Shown here: in pieces, positions 1 through 8,456 of the stretch
Layout of the letters: every line of letters begins with the position of its first letter
Numbering within the stretch: position 1 is the stretch's first letter
Assembly (NCBI GenBank): GCA_043750125.1
Contig: JAYVCD010000107.1
Coordinates: 1 to 13,080, forward strand
DNA from: Archangiaceae bacterium
GTDB taxonomy: Bacteria > Myxococcota > Myxococcia > Myxococcales > Myxococcaceae
Length of the DNA stretch: 13,080 nucleotides
Reading direction: 5' to 3'
The notes under the pieces: model-generated
What the model was told of the DNA's origin: nothing
The model's input: the letters and a program-made list of their open reading frames with translations, nothing else
The model's database searches: none
Translations under genes and position numbers: made by a program

Positions 1-439
1 CGGTGACCGTCACCGCCCTCGAGACGGGCGATCGGTACCTCGAGGTGCGCGCGCCCGATGGGCGGCTTGTGGCCTTGCCCCCGGGGCGCTGGGAAGTGCA
101 GGCGGTCAGCAGGTCACACTCGACGAAGCCGCGCTGCCCCCCGCCCCGGCCACGACGGCGCAGCTGGTTCGACTGTCGGCCAGCCCCCACTACTGCCTGA
201 AGAAAATCGAAGCGGAGGACGCGCTGACGGCAAGGGCGCTGAAGCTCACCCGGGTGCTCGAAGAAGGCGCAGAGCACGCCTGCTTCGAAGGCTCGCTGGA
301 CGCCCGGCTCACGTTGCGGCGCGATCGAACCACCCGGTTCCGGGTCACGGGAACGGTCGGAACGCGGGCGGTGGATGTGAGCTGCGACGAGGCAGGGCTC
401 GATTCAGACGTGGCCCGGGCCCTGGCCGCAGCCCTGTAG
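1..439 (+). CDS. 3' part of a hypothetical protein (5' end outside window), with an apparent 1-nt frameshift near nt 100
   Basis: Frame 3 (3-101, VTVTALETGDRYLEVRAPDGRLVALPPGRWEVQ) has G/C at the third position in 29 of 33 codons. From about nt 101 the coding-like pattern moves to frame 2 (GGQQVTLDEAALPP...DVARALAAAL, TAG at 437-439). No family recognised. Confidence 0.55.
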   Translation, partial: GDRHRPRDGRSVPRGARARWAACGLAPGALGSAGGQQVTLDEAALPPAPATTAQLVRLSASPHYCLKKIEAEDALTARALKLTRVLEEGAEHACFEGSLDARLTLRRDRTTRFRVTGTVGTRAVDVSCDEAGLDSDVARALAAAL

Positions 440-504
440 TCCCTGATGGGAGCCTGAAGGACGCTGGGCCCTGCGCCTCCCAGAGGTGTAGAGTTCCCGT
501 GCAA

Positions 505-957
505 ATGGAAGCGGTCTCAACACTTCGCGACAGCCCACTGTTCAAAGGTTTCACCGAGACGGGGCTCAACATCATCGCGGGCATCTGTACTCAGCGCACG
601 TATCCCCCCCGGACCCCGCTGTTTGCCGAAAACATGGTCGCGGACTCGTTGCTGATCATCGCCGAAGGCAGGGTCGCGCTGGCCACCCGGGGTCGCCAGG
701 GTGAAGAGCTTCAGCTGGGCGAGCTGGGCGTGGGCGACTGGCTGGGCGAGCTGTCGCTCATCAACACCGGCCAGCGGCTGTGCACGGCGACCGGGCTGAC
801 GGCCGTCGTTGCGTTCGAGATCCGCCAGGCCGATTTTCAGAAGTTGCTCGCGCTCAAACCCCAGGCGTGCATCAAGCTGTTGATGGCCATCGTCTCGACG
901 TTTGGCCAGAAGGTCGTCGACAACAAGGACGCTCTGAGGTCACTGCTGAAGAAGTGA
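505..957 (+). CDS. Stand-alone cyclic nucleotide-binding (cNMP/CAP_ED) domain protein, ~150 aa
   Basis: MEAVSTLRDSPLFKGF.. is a typical N-helix, followed by LLIIAEGRV and a phosphate-binding-cassette-like GDWLGELSLINTGQRLCTA. There is no C-terminal HTH. The ORF-track start at 58 is an upstream extension; the real start is ATG 505 or GTG 499. Confidence 0.88.
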   Translation: MEAVSTLRDSPLFKGFTETGLNIIAGICTQRTYPPRTPLFAENMVADSLLIIAEGRVALATRGRQGEELQLGELGVGDWLGELSLINTGQRLCTATGLTAVVAFEIRQADFQKLLALKPQACIKLLMAIVSTFGQKVVDNKDALRSLLKK

Positions 958-997
958 GGCTTGAAGCTTGAGCCCCATCGCGGTACCCACAGCCCCC

Positions 998-2002
998 ATG
1001 CGTTCCTTCATTTCCGCCTTTTTGATCCTCGGCTCGGCGCCGGCGTTTGCGGCCAGCGAGGGCGATTGGTTCGCCAGCCTCTACACCGGCGAAGGCATCG
1101 AGCTTCGCGCCGACGAACGGGTCTTCGCGCTCTTCGCGGTCCTCAACGCGACCGGCTTCGACCAGGGCCCGGTCTCGAGGAAAGATCCGGTCCCGAAGGT
1201 GAACTACCACCCGGTGCGCCAGCAGGTTCGCGCGCGGGTGATTGGAGGCGACCCCGACGTGCGCCGCGCCGCCGATGAGTTCCTCGACAAGCACCCCGCG
1301 GCCCTTCGCAATTACCTCACCTGGGCGGTGCAGGGCTCGCCGCCGCCGTTTTCGGCCGCTCCGAAATCGAAGGACAAAGAGCTTTCGGACCTCAAGGGGT
1401 TCGAGGCCGTTCTCGCCAGGGCGTGGACGGGCTGGAAGCTGGGCGAGCTGATGGGCACCGTTCAGGGTGAATACCGGAAGTCGCTGAAGACCTACCTCGG
1501 CGCAATCGATGCGCCGCTGGTGAAGGCGCGGAAGATTCTCAAGGTCCCGGACAATGGGCCGCAGTCCTTGTTGGTGGTCAACCTGCTCGATACCCAGGAC
1601 ATGGTCCGGGGAGTGATGGGCGAGGGGGAAATCGTGCTGGTGGTCGGCCCTTCGGAAAAACCAAATGTCGAAGGACTGTTGCGTGAGTACGCGCGGGTTC
1701 TTATCGATCCGGTCGTGGCGAAGAAGGCATCTGGCTGGGCGGGTGGCGCACAGCTCTTGAAGGAAGCGCAAGTGGCCGGAGCGACAGAGCAGACGGTGGG
1801 CGAATATGCGACCGGTCTGCTGACCTACGCGGTCGCGTTGAAGGCGCTGGATGCGAACGATGCCGCGTGGGAAGCGGCTGCGAACAAGGGCTATTTTGGA
1901 ATCAGGGACATCGGCAAGATGTTCGACGAAGGCAAACCGCTGGACGGCTGGGTGCTCGACGCGCTCGCCAAAGCGGAGACCCGTAGGCCCTCTAAAAAGT
2001 GA
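998..2002 (+). CDS. Secreted hypothetical protein, probable degenerate gluzincin/DUF4932-like fold
   Basis: MRSFISAFLILGSAPAFA-A is a Sec signal peptide with an AFA cleavage site, and the codon bias is strong. DERVFALFAVLNATGFD and LLREYARVLIDP resemble DUF4932-like proteins, which carry HExxH..(D/N)P (from memory, not searched). Alternative start TTG 968. Confidence 0.75.
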   Translation: MRSFISAFLILGSAPAFAASEGDWFASLYTGEGIELRADERVFALFAVLNATGFDQGPVSRKDPVPKVNYHPVRQQVRARVIGGDPDVRRAADEFLDKHPAALRNYLTWAVQGSPPPFSAAPKSKDKELSDLKGFEAVLARAWTGWKLGELMGTVQGEYRKSLKTYLGAIDAPLVKARKILKVPDNGPQSLLVVNLLDTQDMVRGVMGEGEIVLVVGPSEKPNVEGLLREYARVLIDPVVAKKASGWAGGAQLLKEAQVAGATEQTVGEYATGLLTYAVALKALDANDAAWEAAANKGYFGIRDIGKMFDEGKPLDGWVLDALAKAETRRPSKK

Positions 2003-2005
2003 ACG

Positions 2006-2704
2006 TTGGAAGAGATCCTTCTACAGCTGGTGAGCGGTACGTCGGGGGTCTTCTCATACCTCGTCGTGTTCGGAATTCTGATGGCTTGTGGGCTCGGCGT
2101 CCCGCTGCCCGAAGACGTCTCGCTGATTCTGGGCGGGTACCTGGTGCACGCGGGCAAAGCGAACCTGGTGCTGATGATCGCCACCGGCTTCCTCGGAATC
2201 CTGATGGGGGACAGCATCATCTTCTTCGCCGGCCGCAGAATCGGCGCGCAGATTGGCAGCAAGCAGGGCGGGTTCTTCGCCCGCATCGTCACGCCTGAAA
2301 AGAGAGCCCGGGTCGAGCAGCTGTTTCACAAGCACGGGGACAAGATCGTCTGCCTCGCGCGCTTCATGCCCGGCGTGCGCGCGGTGACGTTCTTCACCGC
2401 CGGCTCGGTGGGAATGAAGTACCTGCGCTTTCTTCTGTTCGATGGAGCGGCCGCGCTCATTTCCGCACCGGTCTTCATCTGGTTGGGCTTTCACTTCGGA
2501 GGCGAGCTCGAGACGCTGCTCGAGAACGTGAAGAAAGGTCAGACCCGGGTGATCGTCATCCTGCTGACCGTGGCGGTGGTCTATCTCGCCTATTTGTTTC
2601 TGAAGCGCCGTCGGGACAAAGCCGCGGCGGCCGCAGCGCTGGCGCAGGTGAACGCCGTGAACGCCCAGGAAAATCTGCGCCGCGAACCGTCGTCGCTGAG
2701 CTGA
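2006..2704 (+). CDS. dedA: DedA family (SNARE_assoc/VTT domain) membrane protein
   Basis: Hallmark motifs GLGVPLPEDVSLILGGYL, GDSIIFFAGRRIG and ARFMPGVRAVTFFTAG, with several TM segments. TTG start lies 3 nt after the upstream stop. Confidence 0.92.
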   Translation: MEEILLQLVSGTSGVFSYLVVFGILMACGLGVPLPEDVSLILGGYLVHAGKANLVLMIATGFLGILMGDSIIFFAGRRIGAQIGSKQGGFFARIVTPEKRARVEQLFHKHGDKIVCLARFMPGVRAVTFFTAGSVGMKYLRFLLFDGAAALISAPVFIWLGFHFGGELETLLENVKKGQTRVIVILLTVAVVYLAYLFLKRRRDKAAAAAALAQVNAVNAQENLRREPSSLS

Positions 2705-2735
2705 GCCGAGCTGAGGAGCTCCAGGCAGCACAGTT

Positions 2736-2749
2736 CCCCTTCAAAGGGG
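2736..2749. other. Short GC stem-loop downstream of dedA
   Basis: CCCCT-TCAA-AGGGG, extendable through CAGTT 2731-2735 / AGCTG 2756-2760. It has no U-tract, so a terminator role is unproven. Confidence 0.3.
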
Positions 2750-2799
2750 TCGGTCAGCTGGTCGGGAAGGAACAAGTCGATGGGGTAGAAAAATCGGCT

Positions 2800-2950
2800 G
2801 TGAACCTTCGCGAACTGACCGAGACCGACGCTGCAATTTTCTGGGCCCTTCGGCCGCGCGGCTTTTCTGAGAGTCCCCACTCGTTCGGGTTCTCGACTGC
2901 CGAGAGCCTGCTGCTGCCTGCGGACCACGCCGCTGCGACTCTCCGGCACG
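2800..2950 (+). pseudogene. Truncated GNAT-family N-acetyltransferase 5' remnant
   Basis: MNLRELTETDAAIFWALRPRGFSESPHSFGFSTAE matches the common GNAT N-terminus pattern (IRxLTxxDAxxYxxLRLxAL.ESPxAFGSSxEEE). Resemblance ends after ~50 aa, no acetyl-CoA motif A follows, and the frame runs on antisense into the Tim44 gene. Confidence 0.6.
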
Positions 2951-3026
2951 ACGGCCCTTCGCCCAGCAGCTCACGCAGCGCCGCTTCCGTTTCAATCGTC
3001 GCAGCCGTGAGAGCGTGTCGAGCCAT
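2950..3026 (-). pseudogene. Possible 5' remnant of a pyridoxamine-5'-phosphate-oxidase-like (MSMEG_1061-type) gene
   Basis: ATG at 3026 lies 10 nt after the Tim44 gene stop. MARHALTAATIETEAALRELLGEGPS resembles the ITSEAELRALLGEP N-terminus of that family. The frame then continues as the antisense of the GNAT remnant. Only ~25 aa of evidence. Confidence 0.35.
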
Positions 3027-3036
3027 GGGCGGCAAA

Positions 3037-4896
3037 CTACTTCATCAGCGCCGGCAGCTGACTCGAGAGCCCCAGGTGCACGGCCGCCGCTTCGAGCAGG
3101 CGCTTCTCATTGCGATCAATCTTCCCGTCGACCCGCGCCAGATTCACCAGCTGCTGCAGAAAATTTTCGGCCTCGGGGGTCTGCTTGGCCATCAGGCGGT
3201 CGAAGAGGTTGGGCCCGGCGGTCAGCGCGAGCTCGACATTGGCCCAGGGCACGTTCCAGCGCTCTGAGCACATCTTCAACAGCGCCCGTTCTCTCTCGTC
3301 GACGACCCCGTCGGCCATTGCCATCGCGGCCATCATGTACAGCAGCCGTTCCCGCTCGGACCGGTCGACCACTTGCGCACTGGCCGCAGGTCGATTGCGC
3401 CCTGAGGCGGTCGCGTCCCACGCTTCCCAGAGCACCGCATCGCACAAGACCCAATCGCGATCTCCACTGGCGAGCACGGTGCCGCAGAACTCGCACGAGG
3501 TCGACGCGCTGTCGGAACACGGAGCGTTGCACTGCGGGCACCGGTCGGTGGCCATCCCGGTTTCGACGTGGGTCCGCGCTCCGGCCTTGCGGCTCAAGGT
3601 GAAGACCCAGCGCTGCGGAACCGTGGGCAGGGCAGGGGGCTTTTCGCCGATCGGGCCGATGCCGTACCGGGCGCTCCATCGAATCTCGATGTGCGCCAGC
3701 TCCTGGCCTTCGACCGGCTGAACCACGCGGGTCTGCACCACCCCGACCGCGCACTCGAGGAACACTTTGCGCCTCCCCTGTGCCTTCAGCGCCTGGGCCT
3801 CGGCGCGAACTTTTTCCTGGAATTCTGCAGTGGCGATCTTCGCCAGCGCGTTCGGGTTTTCCAGCGACTGCGCTTCGACCCACCGCCAGAAGCACAGCGA
3901 AGCCCGGTCTTCGAGCATTTCCGAGTTGAGGCCAGGGTCGTTCTGGCGCGCCTTGGCCAGCCCTTCGACCCCCGCATCGTTGCGCACGAATTCCATTCCC
4001 TGGGTGATCTCGGCCAGCACCCAGTCGTAGTTGCCCGAATTGACGATCGCCGAGCAGCTCTGGCAGCTGTTCGCGGCGCCGCCGGCGAAGGGCGCTCCGC
4101 AGTTGGGGCACAGACCCTGGTAGAGATCCTCGGCGATCTTCGTCTGCGCTCCGGGCTTGCGCACGAAGCTCCACACTTCGACGAATTGGGAAGGCTGGAC
4201 CTTGGCGGCCGCGGCCCTGGCTTGATCGTCGCTGAAGCCCGCGGGGACATCGGTGTCGCGCATCGAGGCCTTGACCCGAATGTGCACGGTGTCGAACCAG
4301 GGGCTCTGCTCGAGGCCGATGATCTGCAGATCGTGCACCAGCACATCGGCGAGCGCGTCTCGTATTCCCTGTGCTTGAAGCAACTTCAATTGCGTCCGCA
4401 GCCGCTGAAAGCTCGCGTCCGAGAGGAAGGGCCGCGTCGACGTGAGGTCGCGCTTGAACCAGGCCAGCTGCACCTCGAGGAACAGCTTCTTGGCTTTGTC
4501 GAACAGGGCGAGCAGATCGAAGGCGGGGTCCCTGGCCTTGAGCTTTCCGACCCAGCCGTGAACGTCGGCCGCGCTGACCGAGGTGCGCTGCTGTTCTTCG
4601 ATGCGATCGAGCGCCTTTCGGGTCGAGCCGTCGCCGCTCTTGCTGCGCACGTAGAGGCTGTAACCGACGACCAGCAACAGCAGCGGCACGCCCAGCGCCG
4701 GGTAGCGGACGACGAGAAACAGCAAGTCGAACAGCAGGCTGATGTCGCCGCTGCCGCTCGAATTGTTGTTCGAGTTGCCTGAGTTGTAGTGCTCGCCGCC
4801 CCCTCCGCGCGCCCACGCCGGAATTGTCCAGACGACCGCCAAGAGAAGCGGGACGTAGGGAGCGACCTGGGCTAACCATCGCGCGCGAAATTTCAC
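3037..4896 (-). CDS. Membrane-anchored protein: signal/TM - Tim44-like - Zn ribbon - Tim44-like - Zn ribbon - tandem TerB-like domain
   Basis: The N-terminal hydrophobic segment ends AWA-RGGGG, followed by a TM region. The two Tim44-like units read [17 protein letters not shown] and [19 protein letters not shown]. Zn ribbons are CPNCGAP..CQSC (4110-4054) and [11 protein letters not shown] (3540-3484), each followed by DWVL. TerB-like motifs are [15 protein letters not shown] and [15 protein letters not shown]. Start is GTG 4896 or ATG 4908; the track start at 5037 overlaps liuC and is rejected. Confidence 0.85.
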   Translation of the reverse strand: MKFRARWLAQVAPYVPLLLAVVWTIPAWARGGGGEHYNSGNSNNNSSGSGDISLLFDLLFLVVRYPALGVPLLLLVVGYSLYVRSKSGDGSTRKALDRIEEQQRTSVSAADVHGWVGKLKARDPAFDLLALFDKAKKLFLEVQLAWFKRDLTSTRPFLSDASFQRLRTQLKLLQAQGIRDALADVLVHDLQIIGLEQSPWFDTVHIRVKASMRDTDVPAGFSDDQARAAAAKVQPSQFVEVWSFVRKPGAQTKIAEDLYQGLCPNCGAPFAGGAANSCQSCSAIVNSGNYDWVLAEITQGMEFVRNDAGVEGLAKARQNDPGLNSEMLEDRASLCFWRWVEAQSLENPNALAKIATAEFQEKVRAEAQALKAQGRRKVFLECAVGVVQTRVVQPVEGQELAHIEIRWSARYGIGPIGEKPPALPTVPQRWVFTLSRKAGARTHVETGMATDRCPQCNAPCSDSASTSCEFCGTVLASGDRDWVLCDAVLWEAWDATASGRNRPAASAQVVDRSERERLLYMMAAMAMADGVVDERERALLKMCSERWNVPWANVELALTAGPNLFDRLMAKQTPEAENFLQQLVNLARVDGKIDRNEKRLLEAAAVHLGLSSQLPALMK

Positions 4897-4915
4897 GCCG
4901 TTCACCATGCCAGAC

Positions 4916-4920
4916 AGGAG
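4916..4920 (+). promoter_or_regulatory. Shine-Dalgarno site of liuC
   Basis: AGGAG lies 6 nt before ATG 4927. Confidence 0.7.
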
Positions 4921-4926
4921 CGCCTC

Positions 4927-5694
4927 ATGGCCGAGTTTCAGATCCTCAAGCAGGGTGCGATCGAACATTGGACCATCAATGGCGAGGCGCGCCGAAACCC
5001 GCTGAGCAAGGCCGTCATCGCCGAGCTCGAACAACACGTTGGGCGGGTGTCAGGGCCCGACCGCAGCGTGCGCGCGGTGGTGATCACCGGGGCCGGCGAG
5101 AAGGCCTTTTGCGCCGGAGCGGACCTCAAAGAGCGCGCCTCGATGGGCGAGATGGAAGTGCACGCGTTCCTCGACCAGCTGCGCCGGACCTTCCGCGCGA
5201 TCGAGCTCTCGGACTGCGTGTTCATCGCCTACGTCAATGGCGCCGCGCTGGGAGGCGGCACCGAGTTGGCCCTGTGCTGCGATCTGCGGGTGATCGCCGC
5301 GACGGCCCAGATGGGGCTCACCGAAGTGAAGCTGGGGATCATTCCGGGCGGCGGTGGGACTGCGCGGCTGCCGAGGCTGGTCGGAAAGGGCGCAGCCAAA
5401 GAGCTGATCCTCACCGGGCGGCCGATCGATGCTGAAGAAGCGGTCAAGATCGGGTTGGTCAACCGCCGCGGGGGGCTGGCCGAGGCGCATGCGTACGCAG
5501 AGGCGGTGGTCGAGAACGCTCCGCTGGCGGTCGGAGCGGCCAAGCATGCGATCGACGAAGGCCTGTCGCTGGACCTCGACGCTGCGCTGGCGCTGGAACA
5601 GCAGAAGTACGCGTTGACGATCAAGACCCTGGACCGGCTCGAGGGCCTCAAGGCCTTTGGCGAGAAGCGAAAGCCGGTCTTCACCGGTCGTTGA
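4927..5694 (+). CDS. liuC: Enoyl-CoA hydratase/crotonase, methylglutaconyl-CoA hydratase LiuC-like
   Basis: Contains [28 protein letters not shown] and [15 protein letters not shown], so both catalytic Glu are present, and ends [20 protein letters not shown]. Very similar to M. xanthus LiuC as recalled, and adjacent to carboxyltransferase and ACAD genes. Confidence 0.9.
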   Translation: MAEFQILKQGAIEHWTINGEARRNPLSKAVIAELEQHVGRVSGPDRSVRAVVITGAGEKAFCAGADLKERASMGEMEVHAFLDQLRRTFRAIELSDCVFIAYVNGAALGGGTELALCCDLRVIAATAQMGLTEVKLGIIPGGGGTARLPRLVGKGAAKELILTGRPIDAEEAVKIGLVNRRGGLAEAHAYAEAVVENAPLAVGAAKHAIDEGLSLDLDAALALEQQKYALTIKTLDRLEGLKAFGEKRKPVFTGR

Positions 5695-5718
5695 TCGCCT
5701 GCTAAGGCCTTCGACCCC

Positions 5719-7248
5719 ATGGCAACCGACGAGTCGCTCAGAGCGCTGCAGACGCAGGTCGAGAAGGGCGGAGCCGCGAAGTACCACGCGAAGAACACCC
5801 AGGCGGCCAAGCTGTTCGCCCGCGAACGGATCGTGCTGCTGGTCGACAAGGGCTCTTTCGTCGAGGAAGGAAAGCTCGCCAACAACCTCGACGCCGAGCT
5901 TCCCAGCGACGGGGTGATCACCGGTCTGGGTCGCCTGGACGGGCGGACCGTGGCGATCATGGCCAACGACTCGACGATCAAGGCCGGCAGCTGGGGCGCC
6001 CGCACCGTCGAGAAGATCATCCGGATTCAGGAAAACGCAGCGCGGCTCAAATGCCCGCTCTTCTACCTGGTCGATTCGGCTGGAGCGCGGATCACCGATC
6101 AGGTCGACATGTTCCCCGGCCGTCGCGGCGCGGGGCGAATCTTCTTCAACGAAGTGCACCTCTCGGGCGTCGTGCCCCAGGTGTGCCTGCTGTTCGGACC
6201 TTCGGCCGCCGGCGGCGCGTACATTCCCGCGTTCTGCGACATCGTGGTGATGGTCGACGGCAATGCCTCGATGTACCTGGGCTCGCCGCGGATGGCCGAG
6301 ATGGTGATCGGCGAGAAGGTCACGCTCGAAGAGATGGGCGGCGCGAAGATGCACTGCTCGGTTTCCGGCTGCGGAGACTTCCTCGCCAAGACCGAGCAGG
6401 AAGCGATCGAGATTGGAAAAAACTACGTCCGCCTGCTGCCCGACAACTTCGGCCAGAAGCCGCCGGCGATTGCGGCGCGCGCTCCGAAGTCGTCGGGGAA
6501 GCGGGTCGAAGAGATCATCCCCGCAGATCAGAACAAGCCGTTCGACATGTACCTGTTGATCAACGAGCTGATCGATGAGGGCAGCTGGTTCGAGATCAAG
6601 CGACTGTTCGCCCAGGAGCTCGTCACCGGCCTGGCGCGCATCGACGGCCGCACCGTGGGGATCGTAGCCAACCAGCCGAAGTACAAAGGCGGGGTGCTGT
6701 TCGTCGACTCGGCCGACAAGGCGGCGCGGTTCATCTGGCTGTGCGACGCCTTCAACGTGCCCCTCGTCTACCTGGCCGACGTCCCCGGTTTCATGATCGG
6801 CACCAAGGTCGAGCGGGCGGGGATCATTCGCGCCGGCGCGAAGATGATCTCGGCGGTGTCCGAGGCGAGCGTCCCGAAAATTTCCGTCGTGGTCCGCAAG
6901 GCGTACGGGGCAGGCCTGTACGCGATGAGCGGCCCGGGCTTCTCGCCCGACTGCACCCTGGCACTTCCCGGAGCGATGATCGCCGTGATGGGCCCCGAGG
7001 CGGCGGTCAACGCGGTGTACTTCAACAAGATCCAGGAAAAGCCCGAAGCCGAGCGGCCGGCCTACGTGAAGACGCTGCGAGACGAGTACCGGGCCGACGT
7101 AGACCTGTTGAAGCTCGCCAGCGAATTGATCATCGACGAGATTGTTCCGGGTGATTCCTTGCGGGCCGAGCTGGTCGCGCGGCTGAAGATGTACGGCGAT
7201 GCCTACGTGTGCCCGACGCGCAAGAAGCGCTGCGTGCTTCCGGTCTGA
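5719..7248 (+). CDS. liuB: Acyl-CoA carboxylase carboxyltransferase (beta) subunit, probable 3-methylcrotonyl-CoA carboxylase beta
   Basis: Motifs DGVITGLG, LVDSAGARI, GPSAAGGAYIPA, MGGAKMH, DSADKAARFI, DVPGFMIG and RKAYGAG; leucine-catabolism context. The family is secure; the substrate is inferred. Confidence 0.85.
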   Translation: MATDESLRALQTQVEKGGAAKYHAKNTQAAKLFARERIVLLVDKGSFVEEGKLANNLDAELPSDGVITGLGRLDGRTVAIMANDSTIKAGSWGARTVEKIIRIQENAARLKCPLFYLVDSAGARITDQVDMFPGRRGAGRIFFNEVHLSGVVPQVCLLFGPSAAGGAYIPAFCDIVVMVDGNASMYLGSPRMAEMVIGEKVTLEEMGGAKMHCSVSGCGDFLAKTEQEAIEIGKNYVRLLPDNFGQKPPAIAARAPKSSGKRVEEIIPADQNKPFDMYLLINELIDEGSWFEIKRLFAQELVTGLARIDGRTVGIVANQPKYKGGVLFVDSADKAARFIWLCDAFNVPLVYLADVPGFMIGTKVERAGIIRAGAKMISAVSEASVPKISVVVRKAYGAGLYAMSGPGFSPDCTLALPGAMIAVMGPEAAVNAVYFNKIQEKPEAERPAYVKTLRDEYRADVDLLKLASELIIDEIVPGDSLRAELVARLKMYGDAYVCPTRKKRCVLPV

Positions 7249-7313
7249 ATCTCGCCTCGACCCGAATGGGTGGTGGTAGCAACCTGAGAAAGCACCGGCT
7301 ATGAGCGCCCCAG

Positions 7314-8456
7314 ATGGAAATTGAACTTCCAGACGACATCCAGGCGCTGCGTTCCTCGATCCGTGATTTTTGCGAGAAGCGGGTGAAGTCCCAGTCGCGC
7401 GAATGGGACCGGGTCGAGAAGTTCCCGATCGAGATTGTCAAAGAGCTGGGCGCGCTGGGCGTGATGGGCATTCGGGTCGGCGAAGAGTTCGGCGGTTCCG
7501 GCATGGGCTCGCTGGCGGTGGCCGTCGCGGTCGAAGAGGTCGCGCGGTACGACGGCTCGCTCGCGCTGACGGTCGCCTCGCACAACGGCCTGGGCACCAG
7601 TCACATTCGGGTGTTTGGAAACGACGCCCAGAAGAAGAAGTACCTGCCCAAGCTTGCCACCGCCGAGTTGCTGGGCGCCTGGGGCCTGACCGAGCCGGGC
7701 AGCGGTTCGGATGCCGCGGGGATGAAGACGACCGCGGTCCGCAAGGGCGAAGGCTGGGTGCTCAATGGGACCAAGATGTTCATCACCCAGGGCACCATCG
7801 GCGATGTCTTCGTCGTGCTCGCCGTCACCGACAGCGCCAAAAAGCAGAAGGGCATCACCGCGTTCATCCTCGAGAAGGGGATGAAGGGGTTCAGCCAACG
7901 CTCGATTCACGGAAAGCTGGGAATGCGCGCTTCCGACACTGCCGAGCTGTTGATGGAAGGCGTCGAGGTCCCGATGTCCGGGCAGCTGGGCGAGAAGGAC
8001 ATGGGCTTTCTCAATACGCTCCAGATTCTCGATGGGGGGCGGATCACCATCGGAGCGCTCTCGGTCGGCCTGGGTCGGGGAGCGATTGAAGAATCGGTGC
8101 GGTACGCCAAAGATCGCACCGCCTTTGGTCACCCGATCGCCGACTTTCAGGCGCTGCGTTGGATGTTCGCCGACATGCAGACCGAGATGGACGCCGCGCA
8201 GCTGCTGGTCTGGCGTGCCGCGGCGCTGGCCGATGCAGGGAAGCAGTTCACGCGCGAAGCATCGATGGCGAAGCTGTTCGCGTCCGAGGCCGCCACCCGA
8301 GCCTGCAACAAGGCGGTGCAGATTCACGGGGGCTACGGCTACACCCGCGAGTTCCCGGTCGAGCGCTACTTGCGAGACGCCAAGCTGTGCGAAATCGGTG
8401 AAGGCACCAGCGAGATTCAGCGGTCGATCATCTCGCGCGAGCTTTTCAAGAGCTGA
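7314..8456 (+). CDS. Acyl-CoA dehydrogenase (probable isovaleryl/short branched-chain; LiuA role by context)
   Basis: Motifs [38 protein letters not shown] and [17 protein letters not shown]. Confidence 0.92.
   Translation: MEIELPDDIQALRSSIRDFCEKRVKSQSREWDRVEKFPIEIVKELGALGVMGIRVGEEFGGSGMGSLAVAVAVEEVARYDGSLALTVASHNGLGTSHIRVFGNDAQKKKYLPKLATAELLGAWGLTEPGSGSDAAGMKTTAVRKGEGWVLNGTKMFITQGTIGDVFVVLAVTDSAKKQKGITAFILEKGMKGFSQRSIHGKLGMRASDTAELLMEGVEVPMSGQLGEKDMGFLNTLQILDGGRITIGALSVGLGRGAIEESVRYAKDRTAFGHPIADFQALRWMFADMQTEMDAAQLLVWRAAALADAGKQFTREASMAKLFASEAATRACNKAVQIHGGYGYTREFPVERYLRDAKLCEIGEGTSEIQRSIISRELFKS

Noticed and set aside
440..500. Possible riboswitch or structured RNA upstream of the cNMP gene (TCCC-TGAT-GGGA; GGGAG..CTCCC)
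   Set aside because: Short GC pairings are expected by chance, and I recognise no riboswitch consensus; an Rfam/Infernal scan would be needed.
58..504. N-terminal 149-aa extension of the cNMP ORF (track 58..957)
   Set aside because: Arg/Gly/Pro-rich off-frame translation overlapping the upstream gene; the domain starts at 499/505.
2694..2722. GCTGAG/GCCGAG short tandem repeats at the dedA stop
   Set aside because: Only 3-4 imperfect 5-6-mers with no spacers; not CRISPR- or REP-like.
3015..4879. Long alternative ORFs over the Tim44 gene (3116..4879 -, 3568..4782 +, 3015..3602 +, 3110..3721 +)
   Set aside because: Shadow ORFs expected in GC-rich DNA with strong codon bias; no motifs, and the composition is Arg/Ala/Pro-rich or antisense-like.
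4909..5037. Extension of the Tim44 ORF to 5037
   Set aside because: Overlaps the well-supported liuC start and SD on the opposite strand; the signal-like N-terminus begins at 4896/4908.
7249..7313. Small hairpins between liuB and the ACAD gene (ACCC-GAAT-GGGT)
   Set aside because: 4-bp stems with no U-tract; too weak to call a terminator or ncRNA.
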